Positions 1 to 7,927 of a stretch of 20,000 nucleotides of DNA are shown here, in pieces. This DNA comes from an uncultured Gemmatimonadota bacterium. GTDB lineage: Bacteria > Blakebacterota > Blakebacteria > Blakebacterales > Blakebacteraceae. The stretch is taken from NCBI GenBank assembly GCA_964576115.1, contig CAZNUA010000014.1, forward strand, positions 51,299-71,298, in the 5' to 3' direction. A model generated the notes under the pieces. That model saw nothing but the letters and a program-made list of their open reading frames with translations, was not told the origin of the DNA and did not search any database. The stretch's first letter is position 1. The number at the start of each line of letters is the position of its first letter. Made by a program: the position numbers and the translations under genes.

Positions 1-1055
1 TAGAACCGCAGGCCCAGTGCCAGGTTCCACGCCCAGCCATCGAAGTCGAACTTGCTGGCCATATTCCAGACCTTGCCGGCATCGACTCCAGCCACCGCCC
101 CGAAGCGCCAGACGAGCGGGAACCGGATCTCGGCGTTCACCAGCGCAGAGGCCGAATCGAGGAACCGGTCCTGAGCCATGCCCCGCATGGTGTTGACTCC
201 CCCGATCGGCAACAGTACCTGAACCGGCAGGTCGCCCCCCTCCAGGTCGCGGGCGATGCCCCGGAAGGCGAAAACGACATCGGGGGCGATAAGAGGCCGG
301 TAGTACTGCAGGGTGGCCGTATACCGGGTGTGGGGGACATCGTTGGTTCGAAAGTCGGGGATGTTCTCGACCTCGGCCTGCAGGACGATTCCCCGCGAGG
401 GGTTGATATAACTGTCACGGGTGTCGTAGCGGAAGGTGACGAAGACCGAGGTGTTGGTGACCCGGCCCCGGTGCCGGGGGTGCAGAGTATAGAAGAGACT
501 GTCCTCTTCGAAATTGAAGTTGCGCACCGTGCGAAAGCGCACTCCCACCTGCCCCACCAGCTGCGCGGTGAAGCCCCGGCTCAGAGTCAGCGCCGCTTCC
601 GAAATCTCCTTGGTGTACCGTTCCTCATCACTGAACCGGGACCAGCTCCCGAGCCCGAAGAACTTGTTCTTGATGTACTTGTCGTATTCCAGAGAAAGAT
701 CGAGCGACAGGGGGTAAACCGTGCCCTGGCGCAGTTCGAAATCGGGCACTGAGAAAACCAGCTTGTACCAGCGCTCACCGCCGGTGGAGTTGAAGGCGAT
801 CAGATCGAACGACTCCTGTCGGCCCAGGGTATTGAGAACGAACACCTTGGCCCCGTACCCGAAGCCGATATCGGTGTCGTACATCGCGATCGGCATGGGT
901 TCGATGCGGGATTGCGGGGCAGCAGCGGTCCGGGCCTGATCACGGATACGGTTGATCGAGTGATCCTGGGCGGTGACCTGCGAGAACGGCAGAAACAGTA
1001 CCAACAGCAGTGATATCCAGAATCTCGCTGTACGATGGACTGAAGCGGCACTCAT
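1..1055 (-). CDS. Omp85/BamA-TamA family outer-membrane beta-barrel protein (3' end runs off the window)
   Basis: Translated by hand at both ends, since it is missing from the ORF track. From ATG 1055: signal peptide MSAASVHRTARFWISLLLVLFLPFSQVTAQ, then PIAMYDTDIGFGYG. Near the window start: IGGVNTMRGMAQDRF (xRG lid-lock-like motif), NAEIRFPL, GVDAGKVW and LGLRF. Confidence 0.8.
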   Translation of the reverse strand, partial: MSAASVHRTARFWISLLLVLFLPFSQVTAQDHSINRIRDQARTAAAPQSRIEPMPIAMYDTDIGFGYGAKVFVLNTLGRQESFDLIAFNSTGGERWYKLVFSVPDFELRQGTVYPLSLDLSLEYDKYIKNKFFGLGSWSRFSDEERYTKEISEAALTLSRGFTAQLVGQVGVRFRTVRNFNFEEDSLFYTLHPRHRGRVTNTSVFVTFRYDTRDSYINPSRGIVLQAEVENIPDFRTNDVPHTRYTATLQYYRPLIAPDVVFAFRGIARDLEGGDLPVQVLLPIGGVNTMRGMAQDRFLDSASALVNAEIRFPLVWRFGAVAGVDAGKVWNMASKFDFDGWAWNLALGLRF

Positions 1056-1140
1056 GAACCTGTCTCGTTGTTCTCTGTTAAGCTTCGATATTCGGATGAA
1101 AAGTCTGAGCTACTGTATCACATGTTTAAACGCGGTCCTA

Positions 1141-1169
1141 TTGTCATCCGTCACTCCCCCTGCTATGCT
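1141..1169 (+). promoter_or_regulatory. Putative sigma70 promoter for the 1231 gene
   Basis: TTGTCA(1141-1146), 17 nt spacer, TATGCT(1164-1169) with an extended TG. GGAG RBS upstream of ATG 1231. Confidence 0.5.
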
Positions 1170-1230
1170 GCGCTGCGGCCCTCCAGTGTATTGACAGTCC
1201 CCCCTGTCACGCCAGATCGAGGAGTATGCC

Positions 1231-2499
1231 ATGCGTACTCTCACCCCTGTGGGACTCTTTTTCTGTCTGCTGTCTTTTCTGACTGGATGTTCTTCAGAAC
1301 AATCGACTCCCGATGACCGGCATCGGTTCACGGTCACCGCAAAGAACGGAATCGAAACCGCCGTGACGACCGGCGGACCGGCTTTCGACGGTGAACTCTT
1401 TCGCTACGAGCACGTTCTGACACTGCAGGAAGATGAAGCGCGGGCAGAATCTCTCTTGAGCCGTCCATCTGTCTTCACACGCGACGAAAACGGCGATCAT
1501 TACGTCATCGATTCCGCTCAGAAACGGATCGTCGTCTTTGATCGTGAGGGCCGGTATGCCCGCTGCTTCGGCCGGAGGGGAGAGGGTCCGGGTGAATTCC
1601 GGTACATGATGCTGCAGTATGTCCGGGGGGGTATCGTATCCATCTGGGACTATATGACCGGCCGCCTGACCCGCCTGCACACCGACGGGACCTTGCACGA
1701 TATCGTTCGCAAACCGCTCGACTTCGAATATGTGCCGCGGGGAGTCTGGCGGACAGACGAGAACGGCCTGGTGGTCATGCGCCCTTTTCTCGTCGGCTCG
1801 GATTCCACCAGTGTCACAGTCGCCTCCTACGACGCCGGGGACCGGTTGATCGCAACGCTCCAGTCGCCTGAACTGTTCGATACTGTCCATCTCATGAGCA
1901 CCATCGTGGGCCGCACCGTCAGCAACCCCATCCCCTTTGCTCCTTTCCCAACGGCAACCTACCGGCCGGGGCGGGGGATCCTCGTCAGTCCGGCACATCG
2001 TCCGGTCCTGCAGTGGTACGATACCCGCGGGGAACTCCTTTCTCTGATCGAGATCGATTGTGAGGACACACTGGTTACTGCTGAGGATCAGAAGAAGTTC
2101 ACCCGCCTGTGGGCCGACCGCCTGGAGGAACATCCCGAACTGTCAGAAAACATCCGGACCTTTGGCAATACGGCTCTTCTCCCGCAGAAAAAGGCAGCCT
2201 GGACGTTCATCCACATCGATGATGCAGGGTATTACTGGCTGCGGTGCAACGATCAGCCCTACCTGGATTATGCCGTCACCGAGGGATACCGTTACTACCT
2301 GCTCAGCCCCGAGGGGGAGTATCTGGGTATCACCCGCACTCCACCCGAACAGCTGCCCAACGAAGCCCAGTGCCACCTCATACCGGTCTCGGTGGCTCAC
2401 GGGTATTACATGGGTATCAGCGATGATCCGGACACCGGCGAGAAACGCCTGCAGGTGTACCGGCTCGTCCCGGAAGCAGAGGGATTCCGGTACCCCTGA
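1231..2499 (+). CDS. Lipoprotein with 6-bladed beta-propeller (NHL/TolB-like)
   Basis: Lipobox LTGC after a hydrophobic stretch. NHL-like repeat YVIDSAQKRIVVFDREGRYARCFGRRGEGPGEF, plus IDDAGYYW and LLSPEGEYLG. Confidence 0.75.
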   Translation: MRTLTPVGLFFCLLSFLTGCSSEQSTPDDRHRFTVTAKNGIETAVTTGGPAFDGELFRYEHVLTLQEDEARAESLLSRPSVFTRDENGDHYVIDSAQKRIVVFDREGRYARCFGRRGEGPGEFRYMMLQYVRGGIVSIWDYMTGRLTRLHTDGTLHDIVRKPLDFEYVPRGVWRTDENGLVVMRPFLVGSDSTSVTVASYDAGDRLIATLQSPELFDTVHLMSTIVGRTVSNPIPFAPFPTATYRPGRGILVSPAHRPVLQWYDTRGELLSLIEIDCEDTLVTAEDQKKFTRLWADRLEEHPELSENIRTFGNTALLPQKKAAWTFIHIDDAGYYWLRCNDQPYLDYAVTEGYRYYLLSPEGEYLGITRTPPEQLPNEAQCHLIPVSVAHGYYMGISDDPDTGEKRLQVYRLVPEAEGFRYP

Positions 2500-2587
2500 G
2501 AGATGATCCCGACTGGCCGCGAACCGATACGGACGGTAGAATGGCTCGAACACGTGGACTGTTCTGTGTGCCGCTCATCGCGTTTCC

Positions 2588-3136
2588 ATGAACGGGAGGC
2601 CCCCCGTGGCCGACGAGCCGGAGATCCTCTTCACGACAGCCGAGATCGAAGCCGCCGTCAGCCGGATAGCCGGCGAGATCAGCCGGGACTACGCCGGCGG
2701 CAAGCCCCTGCTGATCGGGGTGCTCAAGGGCGCCTTCGTCTTTCTTGCCGACCTGGTGCGTCACCTCACCATCGGTGTCGAGATCGATTTCGTGAAACTA
2801 TCCAGTTACGGCACCGGCATGGAGAGTTCGGGCGAGGTACGTACCGTGGCCGGTCTGGAGCAGTCGCTGGAGGGCCGGGATGTGATCGTGGTCGAAGATA
2901 TCGTCGACTCGGGGCTGACTCTCAATCATTTCCTCGACGATCTGCGCGCCCGCGGCCCGGCCTCGGTTGCGCTCTGCGTGCTGGTCGACAAACTGGCCCG
3001 GCGCGAGTGCGAGGTGACGATCGATTATATGGGCATGCAGATCGACGACGAGTTCGTGGTCGGCTACGGCATCGACTGTAACGAGCAATACCGCTACCTG
3101 CCCGACATCCGCTTCGTGCGGGAGATTCCGGAATGA
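2588..3136 (+). CDS. hpt: Hypoxanthine phosphoribosyltransferase
   Basis: GVLKGAFVFLADL, LSSYG, PRPP-binding VIVVEDIVDSGLTL, FVVGYGIDCNEQYRYLP. Confidence 0.95.
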   Translation: MNGRPPVADEPEILFTTAEIEAAVSRIAGEISRDYAGGKPLLIGVLKGAFVFLADLVRHLTIGVEIDFVKLSSYGTGMESSGEVRTVAGLEQSLEGRDVIVVEDIVDSGLTLNHFLDDLRARGPASVALCVLVDKLARRECEVTIDYMGMQIDDEFVVGYGIDCNEQYRYLPDIRFVREIPE

Positions 3137-4830
3137 AAGATCTGATCGAGTATGCCCGGGGGACATGGCCGGCAAAGATTCTGCTCACCAATGCCCGGGC
3201 CGTGAACGTCTTCACCGGCGAGATCGAGACCGCGAATATTGCCCTGGCCACGGGTTGGATCGTCGGAGTCGGCGATTATACCGAGGGCGAGGAGGTCATC
3301 GACCTCGAGGGCGCCTATGTCTATCCCGCCCTGATCAACGGGCATATCCATCCCGAGAGTTCGATGCTGCACCCGGTCACGTACGCCGAAACGGTGGTTC
3401 CGCGCGGTGTGGGCGGCATCGTTACCGACCTGCACGAGATCGCCAATGTGGCCGGCCTGAAGGGCATCCGCTGGATGCTGGATGCCTGGAAATACCTGCC
3501 GCTCGAAGTGTACTTCATGGTTCCCTCCTGCGTTCCGGCCACCGACCTGGAAACCGCCGGGGCCCGGATCGGCAATCGCCAGATGATCGACGCCTACGGG
3601 TGGGATGAAACGACCGGTATCGGTGAAGTGATGAACTTCCCCGGTGTGATCAACTGTGTCGGCGACGTTCTCGGCAAGCTGTATCTCGGCAAAGGTACTA
3701 TCGACGGGCACGCCCCCGGTCTGTCGGGACGGGATCTGAACGCCTACATCGCGGCCGGGATCGATTCCGATCATGAGTGCACTAGGCTCGAGGAAGCCCG
3801 CGAGAAGCTGGCCCGCGGGATGTATATCATGATCAGGGAGGGTTCATCGGAAAAGAACCTCGAGACGCTCCTCCCGCTGGTGAACGACGCCACCTGGCCT
3901 CGCTGCCTCTTCGTGGTGGATGACCGCAATTGCACCGATCTCGGAACCGACGGCGACATCGACGCCGTGGTGCGCACAGCGATCGAACTCGGTCTCGATC
4001 CGATACGCGCCATCCAGATGGCGACCATCACTCCGGCCCGGCGCTTCCGGCTTTCCGGGCAGGGAGCGATCGCGCCCGGCTACTGCGCCCACCTGGCGGT
4101 GACTCATGATCTGGAAACCCTGATCCCCCACCTGGTCTTCCACAGCGGCCGGGTGGTGGCACGTGACGGCGAAGCCTGTTTCCGGGAACTGCCCGAAGAG
4201 ATCGATGACGCTCCCATGCGCCGGTTCATGTCCGTGGCCCCCTTTACCGTCGAGGATCTGGCGATTCCGGCCGAGAACCGGTACCACCCCGTCATCGGTA
4301 TCATCCCGGGACAGATCGTGACCGAGAAACGCGAACTCGAGCCCCTGATCGAAAACGGGCAGGTGGTTCCCGATCTCGATCGCGACCTGCTGAAACTGAT
4401 CGTCGTGGAACGCCACCAGGGAACCGGCAACATCGGCAAGGGACTGGTCCAGGGAGTGGGTCTGAAACGGGGCGCTCTGGCCACCTCGGTCGGGCATGAC
4501 TCGCACAACATCATCGCCGTGGGAACCACCGATGCCGATCTGTATGCAGCCGTCAAGGAAGTCGAGCGTCTGGGCGGTGGGCTTGTGGCCATGGCCGACG
4601 GCGAACCGCTGGCCGCCCTGCCCCTGCCCCTGGCCGGCCTGCTCTCCGATCAACCGCTCGAAGTGGTCACCGATCAGCACAAGCAGGTCGAGGCCGCCGC
4701 CCGCGAGCTGGGCGCCGGTCTCGATGCACCCTTCGACACCCTGAGCTTCCTGGCTCTGCCGGTGATCCCCGAACTCAAACTCACCGACCGGGGCCTGGTG
4801 GACGTGACCGCATTCCGGCTGCTTGATTGA
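3133..4830 (+). CDS. ade: Adenine deaminase
   Basis: GHIHPESS metal motif, PSCVPAT, GEVMNFPGV, IDGHAPG, DHEC, IREGS, GHDSHN, FLALPVIPELKLTDRGL. ATGA overlap with hpt. Confidence 0.95.
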   Translation: MKDLIEYARGTWPAKILLTNARAVNVFTGEIETANIALATGWIVGVGDYTEGEEVIDLEGAYVYPALINGHIHPESSMLHPVTYAETVVPRGVGGIVTDLHEIANVAGLKGIRWMLDAWKYLPLEVYFMVPSCVPATDLETAGARIGNRQMIDAYGWDETTGIGEVMNFPGVINCVGDVLGKLYLGKGTIDGHAPGLSGRDLNAYIAAGIDSDHECTRLEEAREKLARGMYIMIREGSSEKNLETLLPLVNDATWPRCLFVVDDRNCTDLGTDGDIDAVVRTAIELGLDPIRAIQMATITPARRFRLSGQGAIAPGYCAHLAVTHDLETLIPHLVFHSGRVVARDGEACFRELPEEIDDAPMRRFMSVAPFTVEDLAIPAENRYHPVIGIIPGQIVTEKRELEPLIENGQVVPDLDRDLLKLIVVERHQGTGNIGKGLVQGVGLKRGALATSVGHDSHNIIAVGTTDADLYAAVKEVERLGGGLVAMADGEPLAALPLPLAGLLSDQPLEVVTDQHKQVEAAARELGAGLDAPFDTLSFLALPVIPELKLTDRGLVDVTAFRLLD

Positions 4831-4843
4831 GGAGGCAACACGT

Positions 4844-5302
4844 ATGAACGTATTTGATGAATTCGATCGCCTTGTTCGAGATCTGGAAGAACAGGGGGTG
4901 AGGTATGCTCTCGTTGGAGGTGTTGCCGTGGCATTCTATACCGAACCACGTTTCACAAGGGATATCGACCTCCTTGTCGAACCGGATGACTTTGAAACAA
5001 CCAGGATCATTCTCGAAACAGCAGGGTATTTCGAATCGTCGTCACCATGGACTTTCTCCAACACACTGATCACCCTCCACCGCTTCCTGAAAACAAGCGA
5101 TGAGGGGGAGATGATGATCGACATCCTCCTGCCGGGTTCGGACGAAATCAGAGAGATGATATCTCATGCTGTCCTGGCTGAATCAGCCGAGGGTTCTGTC
5201 AGGCTGGTGAGCCGGGAGGATCTGATCCAACTCAAGAGAGCCCGTGGTTCGAAACAGGATCAAGCCGATATCGAAAAACTGGAGCAAACAGAGAATGATT
5301 GA
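4844..5302 (+). CDS. Small pol-beta-like nucleotidyltransferase (DUF6036/AbiEii-like)
   Basis: ALVGGVAV...PRFTRDIDLLV and EDLIQLK...QDQADIEKL motifs. GGAGG RBS at 4831-4835 before ATG 4844. Confidence 0.7.
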   Translation: MNVFDEFDRLVRDLEEQGVRYALVGGVAVAFYTEPRFTRDIDLLVEPDDFETTRIILETAGYFESSSPWTFSNTLITLHRFLKTSDEGEMMIDILLPGSDEIREMISHAVLAESAEGSVRLVSREDLIQLKRARGSKQDQADIEKLEQTEND

Positions 5303-5426
5303 GATTCTTAAACAACTCAGCGACCTCTATGAATTCAACCGTCGTATCCAGGCTTACACAATCAAGGAGGATGAATCATCTGACGACGGGGAAGAACTTT
5401 CTGCTTCCGACCAGGATCGTCAGTGA
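5295..5426 (+). CDS. Small 43-aa acidic protein overlapping the nucleotidyltransferase stop
   Basis: ATG 5295 with upstream GGAG. MIEILKQLSDLYEFNRRIQAY followed by an acidic tail. Confidence 0.4.
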   Translation: MIEILKQLSDLYEFNRRIQAYTIKEDESSDDGEELSASDQDRQ

Positions 5427-5482
5427 TACATATCGTCTCGCAGCCCAGAACTGCTACGTTATACCCTGTTGAGAGGATATTC

Positions 5483-5525
5483 GTGCCGGGGTGGCGGAAT
5501 TGGTAGACGCCGGGGACTTAAAATC
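5483..5525 (+). repeat. attL: 43-bp direct repeat, the 5' half of tRNA-Leu(UAA) truncated just after the anticodon loop
   Basis: GTGCCGGGGTGGCGGAATTGGTAGACGCCGGGGACTTAAAATC matches 17300-17342 with one mismatch (T5500/C17317). Confidence 0.93.
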
Positions 5526-5558
5526 GGGCAGAGAGCTCTTTGCCCCTGATCGCTTGAG

Positions 5559-5604
5559 GCGGCCCGAGGCCCGTAGAATAAGGGTTTCGGGCCGCTTCTT
5601 GTTT
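5559..5604 (+). terminator. Intrinsic terminator just inside attL
   Basis: GCGGCCCGAGGCCC / GGGTTTCGGGCCGC 14-bp stem (with GU pairs) followed by TTCTTGTTT. Confidence 0.65.
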
Positions 5605-5615
5605 CGCCCGAGTTG

Positions 5616-5624
5616 TGCTATAAT
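5616..5624 (+). promoter_or_regulatory. Extended -10 promoter for the left cargo genes
   Basis: TG-C-TATAAT is a perfect extended -10, about 80 nt upstream of GTG 5705. Confidence 0.55.
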
Positions 5625-5645
5625 TGACCCTGTTTGCCCCTGTTT

Positions 5646-5667
5646 GGGACACATTTGGGGCACATAT
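5646..5667 (+). repeat. Tandem integrase arm-type sites, left
   Basis: GGGACACATTT-GGGGCACATAT (11-bp period). The same motif occurs at 17229-17250. Confidence 0.7.
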
Positions 5668-5704
5668 TTGATATTTGAAGCTACCACTATCGACTGGAGA
5701 TACT

Positions 5705-6178
5705 GTGCCTGATCCCTTCGGCATTATCAATTCCGTTGTCTCATGGATATTGTCCATTATCGGCCTTCAGAGGAAGGAGCGTCCACACCCCGGAATTGAT
5801 ATCAACTGGTGGGCACGTGACCAGAATTTCAATAAACGTGGAGATAGCGTTGTTGTTATCAGCCCGTACTTGTATGACGAACCGACAATAGGAGTTAAAG
5901 TAACTGTTGAGAATTATGAACCGATCCCCTTCATCGTCGATGCAATTGAAGTTGAAGTATTTTCGATTGACGATCGATCGAACTGTGGTGGTGCTATCTG
6001 GCAAGGACCAAGGGAAGTGACGTTGACGAGATCTTGCCAAGAGGTTCTAGAAATCCCAACAAGAACATTTAATACCCCTCTCGACACTCTCCCACATGCC
6101 CAGAAAATACGGGGCATTGTACGAGTGTATATTGTTGGATTACGAAAGCCTATTGAGCGCCCATTACCTGTGGAGTGA
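5705..6178 (+). CDS. Hypothetical cargo protein, hydrophobic N-terminus and beta-rich body
   Basis: ORF 5675-6178. GTG 5705 preferred because GGAG lies at 5696-5699. Lower GC than host. GTGA overlap with the next ORF. Confidence 0.6.
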   Translation: MPDPFGIINSVVSWILSIIGLQRKERPHPGIDINWWARDQNFNKRGDSVVVISPYLYDEPTIGVKVTVENYEPIPFIVDAIEVEVFSIDDRSNCGGAIWQGPREVTLTRSCQEVLEIPTRTFNTPLDTLPHAQKIRGIVRVYIVGLRKPIERPLPVE

Positions 6179-6756
6179 CCGATATGTGGATTGAAATCAT
6201 AGTAGCACTTATCGGATTACTTGGTGTTCTCATCGGAGCAGAAATATCCATACATTCACAGAAGATTCAGCGACGACAAGCCAGGTATCGGGAACAGCTG
6301 GACCAGTTCTATTCACCAATGTTTGCCTGGAGGTCATTCATTGATGCAAAAGGTAGAACAAGGATAAAGATAAACGAGGCGGCTGATTCTACCTGGCGGG
6401 ATCTTGTCGCTCGATCGAGACCAAATATCGAACAGATGTATGAGTTGACTGAAGAGCGAGGCCCAGAATTTCAACGAATAGAGGACGAGACAAACCGAAT
6501 ATTTAAAGAGGAGATATTCCCTCAATATCAAAAGATGGTTCAGCATTTTATTGATCATTATTCCTTAGCAGAACCAAGCACACAGACACACCTTATTACT
6601 CTTGTAGAGTTTGTAGAAATATGGGAAAGGTGGTTGCAGGAAACAATTCCCTGGGATGTAATGAGAAATATTAACAATAATGAAGAAAAATTACTCCCGT
6701 TTTACGAAGATCTTCAGACCCAATTGAATCGACTCCAGTGTAAATTGGTGAAGTAG
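6175..6756 (+). CDS. Hypothetical cargo protein, N-terminal TM helix and helical domain
   Basis: 193-aa AT-rich ORF. TM segment WIEIIVALIGLLGVLIGA. Confidence 0.7.
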   Translation: MTDMWIEIIVALIGLLGVLIGAEISIHSQKIQRRQARYREQLDQFYSPMFAWRSFIDAKGRTRIKINEAADSTWRDLVARSRPNIEQMYELTEERGPEFQRIEDETNRIFKEEIFPQYQKMVQHFIDHYSLAEPSTQTHLITLVEFVEIWERWLQETIPWDVMRNINNNEEKLLPFYEDLQTQLNRLQCKLVK

Positions 6757-7266
6757 TCTCTTCCAAGAAAGACGGCTCCTGCGCCCCGCCTCAGATCTTT
6801 TTCTTCTTTTCTGTTGTCCTGAGTTAGCCTGAGTTATATGCCCCGACTATTTTTCTTCCCTTCTGTCAGAGACCACCCGTAGTATGGCCGCAGAGCCCCG
6901 CAGAGGGTTTCCTGATTGTTGACATACAGGGACTGCGCCGAGGCCCTTCCTACCCTCTGCGGGATCCGCCTCGGCGCTATCCCGATCTTGTGTGTGGTAC
7001 CTCGGTACTGCCGGCTACCCAAGCCGATCTCTCCGTCAGGATGCACAATGACGTGAGTTGATCCTGAGCGAGGCCGACCGTCAGGGCCTAATCTGACTGG
7101 AGCAGCAACGTCCCCCATCGAGACGCCCCTTCGATGCGAGCTCAGGACACAACGACCGCCCGCCGCCGGGGCGTTGAATCGGCGCGTCTATGGGAGCCTA
7201 CCGCCAGGCTTAACAGGCGAGACCAGAGAACGACCAGGCAATCAACCTTGTTCTGGAGGTCTTCCT

Positions 7267-7470
7267 ATGGGCGCTTCAACTACCCTGGAATTACTCGATG
7301 CAGAGGAAGTTGCAAAACTCCTTCACGTCTCCCTCGCGACTATCCGCAGTTGGACCAGTGAGGGCCGGATCCCCTTCTACAGAGTTGGCGGCCGTGCTGT
7401 TCGGTACGGCCGGGCCGAGATCTTGGACTGGCTGCAGTCTCAGCGTGTCGCGCCGAAAGCAGCGTCATGA
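7267..7470 (+). CDS. Excisionase/AlpA-like HTH DNA-binding protein (HTH_17-like)
   Basis: LLDAEEVAKLLHVSLATIRSWTSEGRIPFYRVGGRAVRYGRAEILDWL. GGAGG RBS at 7255-7259. Confidence 0.88.
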   Translation: MGASTTLELLDAEEVAKLLHVSLATIRSWTSEGRIPFYRVGGRAVRYGRAEILDWLQSQRVAPKAAS

Positions 7471-7760
7471 ATGGCGCGCGCAACCGCAGATACGGCACTG
7501 CAGCTGAGCGGCGCACCGTCGAACACTTCCGGTCCAAGGGATATGAGGCGTTCCGACTGGCGAAGGGGACCGCGTTCGACGTGCTGATATTCAATGGCCA
7601 GGCTGCGTATCTCTGCGAGGTAAAGGCGAGCGCACGAAAGCCGAGCCCGTCACGCTACAAGCCGTTCTGTGATCTGGTCGCGGAACCGCACTTCGGTAAA
7701 TTGCTCGTATGGTGGCCACCGAACGCCCGGCAACCCGAGACCTGGGAAGTGCCGGGGTGA
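7467..7760 (+). CDS. Hjc-like PD-(D/E)XK nuclease / Holliday junction resolvase
   Basis: GTAAERR...KGYEAFR...FDVLIF...CEVKAS follows the Hjc E...D...EVK pattern. ATGA coupling to the HTH gene. Confidence 0.7.
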   Translation: MNGARNRRYGTAAERRTVEHFRSKGYEAFRLAKGTAFDVLIFNGQAAYLCEVKASARKPSPSRYKPFCDLVAEPHFGKLLVWWPPNARQPETWEVPG

Positions 7761-7927
7761 TGGCCGCTGAACAGACCGACCGCACGGCGAACGCGGAAGC
7801 TGAAGACTTCCGGGAGATCTTCGGCCGCACCCGTGACCGAACACCGGCATCACCCGATGAGGCGAGCGCCTGGATCCGATCGATCAGGAGACGGCTCGAG
7901 GATCGGACCCGAGAGGAAGAGACGTGA
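7760..7927 (+). CDS. Small hypothetical protein (55 aa)
   Basis: TGATG overlap upstream and GTGA overlap downstream, exactly filling the operon gap. Confidence 0.55.
   Translation: MAAEQTDRTANAEAEDFREIFGRTRDRTPASPDEASAWIRSIRRRLEDRTREEET

Noticed and set aside
137-4949. Many overlapping alternative-frame ORFs
   Set aside because: Shadow ORFs typical of GC-rich DNA, overlapping well-supported genes.
5491-5712. ORF MAELVDAGDLKS...
   Set aside because: Translation of the tRNA fragment, terminator and arm sites; not a gene.
6919-6924. TTGACA (also at 13114) as a -35 box
   Set aside because: No -10 hexamer at 16-19 nt spacing; treated as part of the repeated element.
6897-6984. HDV-like ribozyme interpretation of the pseudoknot
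   Set aside because: No room for P3/L3, P1.1 or P4/J4-2 in the required order.
6834-7361. ORFs 6834-7118(-) and 7134-7361(+)
   Set aside because: No motifs or clear RBS; the region is better explained as a structured leader of the xis operon.
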